Part shown: one piece after another, positions 9,706 through 18,937 of the stretch | Layout of the letters: each line of letters opens with the position of its first letter | How positions within the stretch are numbered: the first letter of the stretch is position 1 | Origin: an uncultured Chloroflexia bacterium | Lineage (GTDB): Bacteria > Chloroflexota > Dormibacteria > Aeolococcales > Aeolococcaceae | Assembly (NCBI GenBank): GCA_963697585.1 | Contig: CAVOOO010000009.1 | Coordinates: 28,656-92,655 of the forward strand | Reading direction: 5' to 3' | Length of the DNA: 64,000 nucleotides | Translations under genes and position numbers: made by a program | The notes under the pieces: generated by a model | Databases searched by the model: none | What the model saw: only the letters and a program-made list of their open reading frames with translations | What the model was told of the DNA's origin: nothing

Positions 9706-10689
9706 CTATCGCGTCAGTGCGCTCTCGCGGCCACGGCCGTACAGCTCCACCGCCCGCCAGCAGTACCAGGCGACCACCGACCGGTACGGCCGGAAGGGTT
9801 CGCCGAGCGGCTCCAGCTCGCGCGAGCTGGGCTGAGGAACGCGCCAGGCCAGCGCGTACCCGTGCCGGACTCCCAGGTCGCCGGCGGGCCAGACATCCAG
9901 GCGCCGGAGCTGAAAGATGAGGAACATCTCGGCGGTCCAGCGGCCGACCCCCCGCACCGTCGAGAGCCGGGTGACCACCTCGTCATCCGGTTCCGCGCGC
10001 AGCTCGGAGGGTGAGAGGGCGACGGTGCCGTCGAGCACCTTGGCGGCGAGGTCCCGAAGCGAGGCCGTCTTGTTGGCGGACAGACCGGCGGCACGGAGAG
10101 CATCGTCGGGAAGGGAGAGGAGTGTTTCGGGGCGGACGTCCTCTCCGAGCGCTGCGGTCAGCCGGCCATGGATGGCCGCGGCCGCAGCACCGGCCAGCTG
10201 CTGGTAGACGATCGAGCGCACCAGCGCTGCGAAGTGCGAGGCGTGCGCGGGTCGGAGGCGCGGCGGCCCTGCCCCGGCCACCAGCTCCGCGATCACCGGA
10301 TCCCGGGCGGCGAGGATCCGTGCCGCCCTCAGGTGGCTGACCTGTCGGCCCCCGGCGATCTCCGCGGTGGGTTCCCGCCCGTCCAGCCCGGGCCGGGGGA
10401 AGCGGGCGAGGCGCAGATCGACGCGGTCGCCGCGCAGCGGCACCCCCTCGCGGCGGAGCCGCTCCAGCTGCGATGCGCCGACCGGCGCCGAGCCGTCGGC
10501 CCGCACCACGCGGTGCCAGGGGAGCTTCACCTGGGTGGTGGAGAGGAGCAGACCGACGAGACGTGGGGCGCCCGGCTCGATGTCCCCGTAGGTGCTCACC
10601 GAGCCTCTGGGGATGGCCTGGATCCGCTCCACGATCCGAGCGGCGCGATCCAGCCGGACCTGGCGGTGTCCGGGGGGTCGCGTGGCCAT
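9706..10689 (-). CDS. Fusion of an alkyltransferase-like (ATL) domain and an HhH-GPD DNA-3-methyladenine glycosylase II (AlkA-family) domain
   Basis: N-terminal IPRGSVSTYGDI...LPWHRVVRADG; C-terminal SIVYQQLA, HhH LSTVRGVGRWTAEMFL, VWPAGDLGVR; one uninterrupted frame. Confidence 0.85.
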   Translation of the reverse strand: MATRPPGHRQVRLDRAARIVERIQAIPRGSVSTYGDIEPGAPRLVGLLLSTTQVKLPWHRVVRADGSAPVGASQLERLRREGVPLRGDRVDLRLARFPRPGLDGREPTAEIAGGRQVSHLRAARILAARDPVIAELVAGAGPPRLRPAHASHFAALVRSIVYQQLAGAAAAAIHGRLTAALGEDVRPETLLSLPDDALRAAGLSANKTASLRDLAAKVLDGTVALSPSELRAEPDDEVVTRLSTVRGVGRWTAEMFLIFQLRRLDVWPAGDLGVRHGYALAWRVPQPSSRELEPLGEPFRPYRSVVAWYCWRAVELYGRGRESALTR

Positions 10690-10891
10690 CAGACCGTCGA
10701 CCCTGCGAGGCCGGCCGCGGAGGTCCGACCATCTCGCCCCGGCGCCGAATGGCCGCTCTCACCGGGTCGACGACAACGGCGCATCTGCCCGCGGCCTCTC
10801 ACAGAGCGGATGGTGCCACGGCGCTCGGTCACCGCCACCGCCGGCCCATCGCCGGTGCTGGCAGACACACCGCCATCGGTTGATTAAAGTG

Positions 10892-10908
10892 ATGTCAGCT
10901 TCTGACAT
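10892..10908. promoter_or_regulatory. Inverted repeat ATGTCAG-N3-CTGACAT
   Basis: Perfect 7-bp arms next to an AT-rich patch, about 200 bp upstream of the ATL-AlkA gene. Confidence 0.4.
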
Positions 10909-11041
10909 GGGGGGGTCGGCGCCGCTCGGGTCCACGGCAGACCAAACCACGGGAGAGAGGCGGCCCGCACCCGCGCTCGGACGGCTGACGTCGCCTCCGG
11001 TGAGGCGGTCATCGGTCAGGCGGGCAGACACCCCGCCCTCC

Positions 11042-11650
11042 TCACCGCTGCTGGCCCAGCGGTGCTCGCGGGTCGCGTCCCATGAAGGCGGCGAGGCGTT
11101 CCCAGTCGTCGGCGTCCGGGGGAGGCGGCACCTCCTCTCCGTACGGCGATCCCGGCGCCACCATGTCGCGGTACTCGGGTTTGATCATGGCCCGTGCCCC
11201 CTCCAGCGCCGTCACGGCGAGGGAGGGGTCCAGCTCGTCGATCTGTCCGGTGGCCCGCGCCAGATCCCATGCATGGACGGCCAGCTCCGCCAGGTACATG
11301 TGGACCAGGGTGGCCCCCGTGTACTCCTCACCCCACGGCATCGTGAAACTCGATGACCACCTGGAGTCGTCGTCCCATGCCTGCGCCGCGTCCGCGGCGG
11401 CGCGGCGCAGCTGACCGGGCGCGTCGGACAGATCCACGTGAGGGGAATCGTCTCCGGGTGGGGGTGCCTGGCCCCGGCCCAGGGCGGCCGCCCGGCGGCC
11501 CGCTTCGACGATGTGGTCGACGAGATCAGCCACGTCGTAGTCTCGGCATGGTGTCGGCCGGCCGAGGTCCGCGCCATCTATTCCCGACACGATCACCGCG
11601 GCGTTCTCGTAGGAATCCAAGAACTTGCTTCGCCGGTCATGGCTGACCAT
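11042..11650 (-). CDS. TIGR03086-type maleylpyruvate isomerase/DinB-superfamily metal-binding protein
   Basis: LGRPTPCRDYDVADLVDH, ELAVHAWDLARATGQ, ERLAAFMGR motifs. Confidence 0.85.
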   Translation of the reverse strand: MVSHDRRSKFLDSYENAAVIVSGIDGADLGRPTPCRDYDVADLVDHIVEAGRRAAALGRGQAPPPGDDSPHVDLSDAPGQLRRAAADAAQAWDDDSRWSSSFTMPWGEEYTGATLVHMYLAELAVHAWDLARATGQIDELDPSLAVTALEGARAMIKPEYRDMVAPGSPYGEEVPPPPDADDWERLAAFMGRDPRAPLGQQR

Positions 11651-11804
11651 GCGGTCACTCCTGGCTGCGACCCCGTGACTACGTCGCCAGTATCGCTCAG
11701 CAACGCCGCCAGCGAGACACCGCGGCCCACCTGCCCCCTGGCAGTCATTGCTTCCACGGCCAGCTCACCGGGACGGGTTGACCCACCAGGTCGGCGACGG
11801 ACCA

Positions 11805-13658
11805 CTACGTCACGCTGGTCCCGAGCAGGCCGCCCCATTCGACGAGGGTGAAGCCGCGACGGACGGTGCCCCGCAGGGGCTCGGCGGGTACGGAGACGTC
11901 GGTGGCGACTCCGCGCATCACGACGAAGATGCGGAGCATGGTCGTCGGACGCGGCGTGACCGTGAGGGGGAGCAGCTGGTCGAGGGTCGCGGTGGTGAGC
12001 CACGAGATCTCGATGCACGGAGAGTCGGGGATGCGCGGGGCCCAGAAGGCGAGGAAGGCGCTGGCCTCGGCCGGACTCAGCCCAAGCGTCCGTGACTGTG
12101 CCGCCAGCACGGCCGCCGCCTCGGGACGAGGCACCACCGTGCCCTCGGTGATCGCGGGGAAGGCCCTCAGCGCATAGCCCTCCCAGTACAGCGAGCCGTA
12201 AGTCGCGCCATGCTCCTCGAGCTGACCGGACGGGGAGGCCTTGACCGTCCACCCGTCGCCGTAGACAGGGGCCGACTTGACCACGTCCGCGCCGACCGTG
12301 ACCCGGACCGTGGTCTCGCGGGTCGGATAGAGGTACTCGACCGGCTTGCCGCAGCCCCCGCTCATCGGGTACTCGGTGGTGAAGAGGGCGACCACCGTCC
12401 CCTGGGAGTTCGTGTAGAAGAGGATGGGGTCGCTGGCGAGGTAGGCCGCGTACGGCACCAGCGGGCTCGGGTCGAGGCTGGCGTAGACGGTGTAGAGGGA
12501 CGAGGCGAGGGGGGACGTGCCGTCGGCCAGCGCTGCTGTGGACATGATCGTGCCGTCGGCGGTCTTCGCGGCCGCGGTGAAGGCGTAGGGTGCGGAATCG
12601 AGGAGCGCCATCTCATTGCCGTCAACAACCGAGCAGCCCGCTCCGGCGTCCGTGTAGGCGTATGCGTTGGTGGCGCCGGTTGCCGTGAACGTGAGCCCCC
12701 CGGCGGGGATGCTGTAGATGGCCGGAGAGGGGAGGAAGCTCTGCGGGATGAAGTCGTAACCGGCAAGGACGAAGCCGGTCTCCGTGAGCCCGGCCGGTGC
12801 TGCCCCGGAGCTCGCCGTCGTCTGGGTGTACAGGTCGCCGTATGAGGTGGACGCCAGCAGCGTCGTGTCCGTTCCCTCGGAGCTCCCCGCGGTCAGCGTG
12901 CTCCCACCGGCGACGTCGTAGGGGGGAAGGTTGCTCGCCTCGCTGACGTTGGTGTAGGTGACGCCGCCCACGCTCAGGGTGGTGGGATCCAGCTCGGGAT
13001 AGGTCGTCGTCTTGTCGACGCTCGTGTCCGGCCCCATGCCGTCGCTGAACACCACCTGGCCGGTCTGGTCGAGGATGGCCGACGAGTACGCCTGGAGGAT
13101 GGTGTACTGGGAGCCGGAATCGAGGAAGAGGAAGCCGGAGACCCCCATCTCGGAGATGAGGCCGAGGTCGATGGCATCACCGTCGGCGAGCCGCCCGACC
13201 TGGTAGAAGGTGAAGGTGCCGCAGGTCATGTCGTCGGCGGGAAAGAGGGGGATCGGGGAGTTGATGGGCACCGGGTTGGTGAACCAGGTGCGCGTGCCGA
13301 TGGTCGTGTCGACGATGGGAACCTGGTTGGGTGACGAGGATGCGGGACAGGGCGTTGCCGAGGTGGAGGCGGACGCCGAGGGCGATGCGGTGGCGGTGGC
13401 GACCGCCGCGGTGGCGGTGGCGGTGGTGGTCGCCGTCGGGGTGGCTGATGGGGTGCCCCGCGCTCCCGCGGAGTGGGCGGGGCCGCACGCCGCCAGAAGC
13501 AGGACGGCGGCGCAGCCCGCCGCGATGGCGGCGTGAGGAGGGCGGCGTCGGGGCGCCGGCAAATCCGTGACCGCTGAGGGGGAGGCGCTCGCGTTCAACC
13601 TGGCGGGGCGCCCTCCGGAACTGGCCTGCCGGCTGTGCCGATGGGTGTCGGCCGTCAT
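11805..13658 (-). CDS. Large putative lipoprotein with a conserved C-terminal KPVxYLYP...EWGG domain of unknown function
   Basis: Lipobox-like LLLAAC, Thr/Ala/Ser linker, then CGKPVEYLYP, YGDGWTVKASPSG, YGSLYWEG, GLSPAEASAFLAFW, LTVTPRPTTMLRIF, GFTLVEWGG. Confidence 0.75.
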   Translation of the reverse strand: MTADTHRHSRQASSGGRPARLNASASPSAVTDLPAPRRRPPHAAIAAGCAAVLLLAACGPAHSAGARGTPSATPTATTTATATAAVATATASPSASASTSATPCPASSSPNQVPIVDTTIGTRTWFTNPVPINSPIPLFPADDMTCGTFTFYQVGRLADGDAIDLGLISEMGVSGFLFLDSGSQYTILQAYSSAILDQTGQVVFSDGMGPDTSVDKTTTYPELDPTTLSVGGVTYTNVSEASNLPPYDVAGGSTLTAGSSEGTDTTLLASTSYGDLYTQTTASSGAAPAGLTETGFVLAGYDFIPQSFLPSPAIYSIPAGGLTFTATGATNAYAYTDAGAGCSVVDGNEMALLDSAPYAFTAAAKTADGTIMSTAALADGTSPLASSLYTVYASLDPSPLVPYAAYLASDPILFYTNSQGTVVALFTTEYPMSGGCGKPVEYLYPTRETTVRVTVGADVVKSAPVYGDGWTVKASPSGQLEEHGATYGSLYWEGYALRAFPAITEGTVVPRPEAAAVLAAQSRTLGLSPAEASAFLAFWAPRIPDSPCIEISWLTTATLDQLLPLTVTPRPTTMLRIFVVMRGVATDVSVPAEPLRGTVRRGFTLVEWGGLLGTSVT

Positions 13659-13861
13659 GATCGCAGTCTCCAGAAGGGGGCGAGCGCTCCCAACGTAGTG
13701 TCAAACGCACGTTCCCGCCCCGAGTTACGCTGTCACGGAACCCATCTGACGGGTCGCTGGTGGTCCTTCACCGGCTGGTCTCGTGCGGATTGCCACACCT
13801 CTCCCGCCAGGGCAGCGGGTGACGCCTCCGACGGTCGGGTGGGCGGGCGGCCCCCGCCGGC

Positions 13862-15550
13862 TCAGCCGAATGTGAAGTCGTACGCCTGGACCCCGGGGGA
13901 GGCGGCGAGGACGAGCAGGCCCGAATGCTCGGACGGGCCCGACACCAGCGTGTACAGGCGCGGGACGCCGGACACGTCGATCGTCCCCGCAGGCTTCCCG
14001 TCGAGCGTCAGCGAGAGGGTGCCGCTTCCACCCAGGACGAGGTAGACGTCCCTCGCCTCGAAGTCCAGCTCGAGACGGGCATCGGCGCCCGCCGTGGACT
14101 CCTCCGAGCCGACCGTCCAGGTTCCCGAGAGGCCGTACTCGCCCACCACGATGGAGCCGGGGAAGCTGTACGTCGCCGGCGCGTCCTCCTGAACCGAGGT
14201 GACCCCGGCGAGGTACTCGAGCCGGCTGTAGCCGAGGTAGGTCTCGGGACTCATGAGCTCGGTCGGCGTGAGGTCGGGCACGTCGGTTGCCGGCGGCAGC
14301 TTCGCCTGCGGGTTGGCATCGGTGAGGAGCTGGCGGATGGCCGCCTCCGTCGCACCGTAGTCACCCTCGCCGAACCTCTCGTAGCGCACCTCCCCCGCGG
14401 CGTCGATCAGGTAGTCCGCCGGCCAGTACTCGTTGTTGTAGGCGTTCCAGGTGTCATAGCCGTTGTCGACCGCGACCGGGTAGGTGATGCCGAACTGCTG
14501 CACCGCGCTCCGGACGTTGGAGACGACATGCTCGAATGCGAACTCCGGTGTGTGCACCCCGACCACCACCAGGCCATCGGCCTGGTAGCGCTGGTACCAC
14601 GCCTCGACGTGGGGAAGGCTCCTCTGGCAGTTGATGCACGAGTAGGTCCAGAAGTCGACCAGGACCACCTTGCCGCGCAGTGATCGGATGGAGAGCGGCG
14701 TCCCGCCGGGTGTGTTCAGCCAGGCGGCGATGCCCTGGAAGTCTGGGGCCGGGAAGCACTCCTTCAGCGTGGAGGAGGTGGTGCAGCTCATCAGCGAGGC
14801 GCTCCCGCCCCCGGTGAGGCTGTGCAGCTGGCTCTGGACCGACCTGCCGCCCTCCACGCCGCTCTGGAGGGCGCTCGTGTATCCGGGGACATCCTGCTGC
14901 AGCCCGTCGGTGAGATTGAGCCCGATGGCGAGGGTCATGACGATGAGGACGGCGCCGCCGCCGATGCGCAGCCCCCGCGCCCGATCGCGCAGCGCCCGGA
15001 CGCGATCGATGATCGCGTCGCCGCCCAGGGCGACGGCGAGCAGGGGAACGCCGGCTCCGACCGCGAAGGCGAGGGTGAGCAGCAGGCCCATGATGCTCAG
15101 GTGGTTGGTCGCCCCGATCACCGAGATGGCGGCGAGCACGGGGCCGGCACAGGGGACGAAGACCGCACCCAGGCCCAGGCCCAGGAGAAATCCCCCGCGC
15201 GAGCTCGGCGGATGGCGGCCAGGGTGCAGACGGAGGAACGGGCGCTCGAGGAGCTCCGCGATCGCCGGCACCAGCAGGCCGAGGCCGAACAGGCCGAGAA
15301 GCACCAGCCCGGCGTCGCGCAGGAGGTCCTGGGGGAGTCCGAGGGCGCTGAGCACGGTGGTGCCGAGGAGGGTGATGGCGCTGAAGCTCACCACCAGGCC
15401 GATCACGACAGCGATCGAGCGGCGCCGCCGCGAGCCCGGCGCTGTGCCCGTCGCCCCCGCCACCAGCACCATGGGCAGCACCGGGAGGATGCAGGGCGAG
15501 ATGCCGGTGATGAGCCCCGCGACGATGCCGACGAGGAGAAGGCTGACCAT
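13862..15550 (-). CDS. dipZ: Cytochrome c biogenesis protein DipZ (CcdA membrane domain + thioredoxin + C-terminal beta domain)
   Basis: GISPCILPVLP and FVPCAGPVL (CcdA Cys pair), LVDFWTYSCINC, VHTPEFAFE, NEYWPADYLID, SPETYLG. Confidence 0.92.
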   Translation of the reverse strand: MVSLLLVGIVAGLITGISPCILPVLPMVLVAGATGTAPGSRRRRSIAVVIGLVVSFSAITLLGTTVLSALGLPQDLLRDAGLVLLGLFGLGLLVPAIAELLERPFLRLHPGRHPPSSRGGFLLGLGLGAVFVPCAGPVLAAISVIGATNHLSIMGLLLTLAFAVGAGVPLLAVALGGDAIIDRVRALRDRARGLRIGGGAVLIVMTLAIGLNLTDGLQQDVPGYTSALQSGVEGGRSVQSQLHSLTGGGSASLMSCTTSSTLKECFPAPDFQGIAAWLNTPGGTPLSIRSLRGKVVLVDFWTYSCINCQRSLPHVEAWYQRYQADGLVVVGVHTPEFAFEHVVSNVRSAVQQFGITYPVAVDNGYDTWNAYNNEYWPADYLIDAAGEVRYERFGEGDYGATEAAIRQLLTDANPQAKLPPATDVPDLTPTELMSPETYLGYSRLEYLAGVTSVQEDAPATYSFPGSIVVGEYGLSGTWTVGSEESTAGADARLELDFEARDVYLVLGGSGTLSLTLDGKPAGTIDVSGVPRLYTLVSGPSEHSGLLVLAASPGVQAYDFTFG

Positions 15551-15655
15551 CCCGTTCCGTGAGTTCAGCTTACCGGGGGCCCCCGCGCGGCCGGCATCGC
15601 GAACGCGCGGAGGCCCACAGCCCCTTGGTGACCCGGGTCCCCCCGGCCGCCGCGC

Positions 15656-16123
15656 TCAGCCCGGCCGGTACTCGCCGGGCAGCGTGCGAGCGGTCACGGC
15701 CAGGCGATTCCAGGCGTTGATGACGATCACGGCCCAGATGAGCTGGGCCAGCTCCTTCTCCTCGAACTGGGCCCGGGCGGCGTCGAAGACGGCGCGAGGG
15801 ACGTGGGTGCCGGCGATCAGGGTCATCGCATCGGTCAGCTCAAGGGCGGCGCGCTCCCGCTCGGTGAAGAACGGCGACTCGTGCCAGGCGGCGACGGCGT
15901 GAAGCCGCTGCTCGGTCTCGCCCCGCGCCCTGGCGTCGAGGGTGTGCATCTCCACGCAGTAGGCGCAGCCGTTGAGGATGGACGCCCTCAGGCTGACCAG
16001 ATCGCGGAGCGAGGAGTCCAGCTCCAGCGCGCCGTCCAGGGCCACCATGGCGCGATTGACCGCGGGGGCGAGCTGGGAGAGGGAGATCCGTGGCTGTTCG
16101 AAGGTCGTGGTGCCGGCCGCCAT
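15656..16123 (-). CDS. Carboxymuconolactone decarboxylase/AhpD-like protein
   Basis: LVSLRASILNGCAYCVEMH, FTERERAALELTD, INAWNRL; GGAGG RBS before ATG 16123. Confidence 0.88.
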   Translation of the reverse strand: MAAGTTTFEQPRISLSQLAPAVNRAMVALDGALELDSSLRDLVSLRASILNGCAYCVEMHTLDARARGETEQRLHAVAAWHESPFFTERERAALELTDAMTLIAGTHVPRAVFDAARAQFEEKELAQLIWAVIVINAWNRLAVTARTLPGEYRPG

Positions 16124-16186
16124 CTGCGGGCCCTCCAAGTGGTGGTTGACGTGAGACCAGCCTCGCCCGAATATGGCTCAATAGCA

Positions 16187-17611
16187 ATGGCCAATTCGAA
16201 GCCAGCTAAGTGGGCCACTTCTGGGCGCGACTTCTTCCTCGATCTCGGCGCCGGGGGTCGCGGGTTGCGGGTCGCCATCGAGGACGGGATCCGCGGGGCG
16301 ATCCGCTCGGGGCGGCTGATCCCGGGCACGCGACTTCCCGCCACCCGGGCGCTGGCCCGCGATCTCGGCGTCTCTCGGGGCACGGTGCTGCAGGCCTACG
16401 ACCAGCTGGTCGCCGAGGGCTGGCTCCGAGGCCGGCGGGGCTCCTCCACGGTGGTGATCGCCGAAGCCGAGGCGCACCGTCAGTCCACCGCCATCCGCGA
16501 GCCGCCCCCGGTGCGATGGCGCTACGACCTGCGCCCGGGGCGTCCCGACGCCGGCTCCTTCCCGAGGGCCGAATGGCTGCGGGCGGTCCGTCGAGCCCTC
16601 GCCACCGCGCCGAACGCCGCCTTCGGGTACGACAGCCCCCAGGGGCAGCTGCCGCTTCGGGTCGAGCTGGCGGGCTACCTGAGCCGGGCCCGCGGTCTTC
16701 ACGTCTCGCCGGAGGCCGTGGTGGTCACCGCCGGCTTCACCCAGGGCCTGGGCCTGGTGGCTCGGAGCCTGGCTGCAACCGGCGTCCGCGCGGTCGCGAT
16801 GGAGGAGCCGAGCATGCCCCTGCACCGCTCGATCGTCCGGGCGGCGGGTCTCGAGATCATCCTCACCGCAGTCGACGGCGATGGCATGCGTGTGGACGCG
16901 CTCGAGGGCTCGGCGGGGGTTGGGGGGGTGGTGCTCACCCCCAACCGGCAGCACCCGACCGGAGCCACCCTCAGCCCATCACGCCGGTCCCGGCTCGTGG
17001 GCTGGGCCCGCGAGGCGGGAGCCCTGATCGTCGAGGATGACTACGACGGCGAGTTCCGCTACGAGAGCCATCCGATCGGGCCTCTGCAGGGGCTCGACCC
17101 CGACCTGGTCGCCTACGCGGGCACCGCCTCCAAGACACTGGCCCCCGGTGTCCGACTCGGCTGGCTCGTTCTCCCCGAGCGGTGGCGGTCTCCCGTCCTG
17201 AGCGAGAAGCAGCTGGCCGACTGGCAGAGCAGCACCCTCGAGCAGCTCGCCCTGGCCGAGCTGCTCCGCACCGGCGCGTACGACCGTCACGTCCGGCGGA
17301 TGCGGCTCCAGTACCGGCGTCGCCGCGACGGTCTCGTCGGTGCCCTGGCCGGGGCGTTCCCGGACCTCGAGGTCATCGGCCGTCAGGCCGGGCTCAACGT
17401 GCTGATCCAACTCCCCGACGCCGCCACCGAAGCCCGGGTCCTGAGCGCAACCCGCGCCGCCGGGATCGGCGTCGAGGGGCTGGCCGAGAGTGGCCTCTAC
17501 GAGCGGGTGGGGCCCGCGGAACTCGTCATCGGCTACGCCGCGGCTCGGGAGCCGAGCTTCCAGGCCGCCGTCGAGGCCTTGGTCTCCGCGCTCCGCAGCG
17601 TGAGCGGGTGA
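16187..17611 (+). CDS. MocR/GabR family regulator (GntR HTH + PLP aminotransferase-like domain)
   Basis: LPATRALARDLGVSRGTVLQAYDQLVAEG, TPNRQHPTG, IVEDDYDGEF, GTASKTLAPGVRLGW; divergent from the CMD-family gene. Confidence 0.92.
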   Translation: MANSKPAKWATSGRDFFLDLGAGGRGLRVAIEDGIRGAIRSGRLIPGTRLPATRALARDLGVSRGTVLQAYDQLVAEGWLRGRRGSSTVVIAEAEAHRQSTAIREPPPVRWRYDLRPGRPDAGSFPRAEWLRAVRRALATAPNAAFGYDSPQGQLPLRVELAGYLSRARGLHVSPEAVVVTAGFTQGLGLVARSLAATGVRAVAMEEPSMPLHRSIVRAAGLEIILTAVDGDGMRVDALEGSAGVGGVVLTPNRQHPTGATLSPSRRSRLVGWAREAGALIVEDDYDGEFRYESHPIGPLQGLDPDLVAYAGTASKTLAPGVRLGWLVLPERWRSPVLSEKQLADWQSSTLEQLALAELLRTGAYDRHVRRMRLQYRRRRDGLVGALAGAFPDLEVIGRQAGLNVLIQLPDAATEARVLSATRAAGIGVEGLAESGLYERVGPAELVIGYAAAREPSFQAAVEALVSALRSVSG

Positions 17612-17712
17612 GCGCGGCGAACGGGCGCCGGACGAGTGGCCACCGGTGACGGTCGGCTGCCGGACCGGGGATAGGATGGGCGCCGTCCAAACCCGGCTTT
17701 GGAGGTGAGGCG

Positions 17713-18146
17713 GTGTTGCGTTGGGAGAGCGGACGCGGACTTCGCAGGGAGGCTCGGGGCAGCGAGATGTGGTTCAAGGCGACCGCATCGGACACCCAGG
17801 GTCGGTTCTCCTTCATGGAGCGGACCCTGCCCCCGCCGGCCGGATGCCGCCGGCCCACCGACACGTGGGGAACGATGAGGCGTACTTCGTCCTGGAGGGA
17901 GCTGTGGAGTTCCACGTTGCCGGTGAGGTCTTCGAGGGCGAGCCGGGGACCTTCGTCCTGGTCAGCGCCGGAGAGGCGCACACCTTCGGGAACACCGGCG
18001 CCATCCCAGCTCGGCTCCTGGTTCTCCACGCCCCCGCCCTGGACGGGTACTTCGAGGAGCTGGAGCGGCTCTGGGCCTCGCCCCACCCGCCGGACCGCGA
18101 GACCGAGCTCCGTCTCATGCGGCGGCACGGCATGGAACCGGTGTAG
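17713..18146 (+). CDS. Cupin domain protein, apparent frameshift near 17830
   Basis: GGAGG RBS then GTG 17713. MWFKATASDTQGRFSFMERTLP joins PPAHRHVGNDEAYFVLEG...GEAHTF after a frame change in a C run. Confidence 0.8.
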
Positions 18147-18275
18147 ACGTCGACGGCCTGGTTCGGTGTGAGAGAAGGCGCCCGGGAGGTGCTTGCCGAA
18201 GTCCCTCGCATTCCTCACCGCAGGGGGGACTGCCGTGCCCGAGGGACTCTCAGCCCGGGCCCGGAAGGCCGGTGG

Positions 18276-18824
18276 CTACCCTCTCGGCTCGTACCGCAGC
18301 GCAACCGCTCCGGAGCCGAACTCCAGCCGGCCCACCAGCTTCAGGTCGACCTGCCGGGACAGCCCCGCGAACAACGTCGGGCCGTGGCCCGCGACCGTGG
18401 GGTGCACCACGAACTCGTACTCATCGATCAGATCCAGCTCCATCAGCGCCAGTGGGAGACTCACGCCTCCCACCAGGAGTCCGTCACCCGGCTCCCGCTT
18501 GAGCTTCTGTACGGCCTCGCCCAGATCCCCGCGGACGAGCTCCGCGTTCCAATCGACCTGCTCCAGGGTGCTCGAGACCACGTACTTCTTGGCCGCGTTG
18601 ATCGTCCGGGCAAAGGGTTCCATCCACTCGGGTCTCGCTCCCGCCGGCTCCGGCGGCCGCCACGCCGATTCCATCATCTCGTAGATCACACGGCCGAAGA
18701 GAAGGGCATCGGCCTGGCTGAGGATCTCGGCCGCGTGACGATGCACATCCTCGTTCGGGGGGATAGCACGATGATCGCAGCACCCGTCCAGCGTGACGTT
18801 GATGGAGTACCGGAGGGGCCGCAC
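18276..18824 (-). CDS. Dihydrofolate reductase-like (RibD C-terminal domain) protein
   Basis: YSINVTLDGCCDH, LLFGRVIYEMM, KKYVVSSTL, LIDEYEFVVHP. Confidence 0.88.
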   Translation of the reverse strand: MRPLRYSINVTLDGCCDHRAIPPNEDVHRHAAEILSQADALLFGRVIYEMMESAWRPPEPAGARPEWMEPFARTINAAKKYVVSSTLEQVDWNAELVRGDLGEAVQKLKREPGDGLLVGGVSLPLALMELDLIDEYEFVVHPTVAGHGPTLFAGLSRQVDLKLVGRLEFGSGAVALRYEPRG

Positions 18825-18937
18825 CTCGCGATGGTACCGCCGCTGGGATCCGGGGACGCCCGCGAAACGAGCCACCCTCGACCGGGTCACCGAATCCGCG
18901 AGACCGCGCGAACAGCAGCTGTGCCCGCCGGTGAATG

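Noticed and set aside
10892-10925. PafBC-type (TGTCRG-N10-TANNNT) DNA-damage promoter
   Set aside because: TGTCAG is present on both strands, but no TANNNT follows at the required spacing.
13660-13760. GTAAC-N16-CGTT ECF-like promoter upstream of the large lipoprotein
   Set aside because: A single short match with no second copy in the window; could be chance.
15803-16186. N-terminal extension of the MocR-type ORF
   Set aside because: Antisense to the CMD gene; the HTH begins after 16187.
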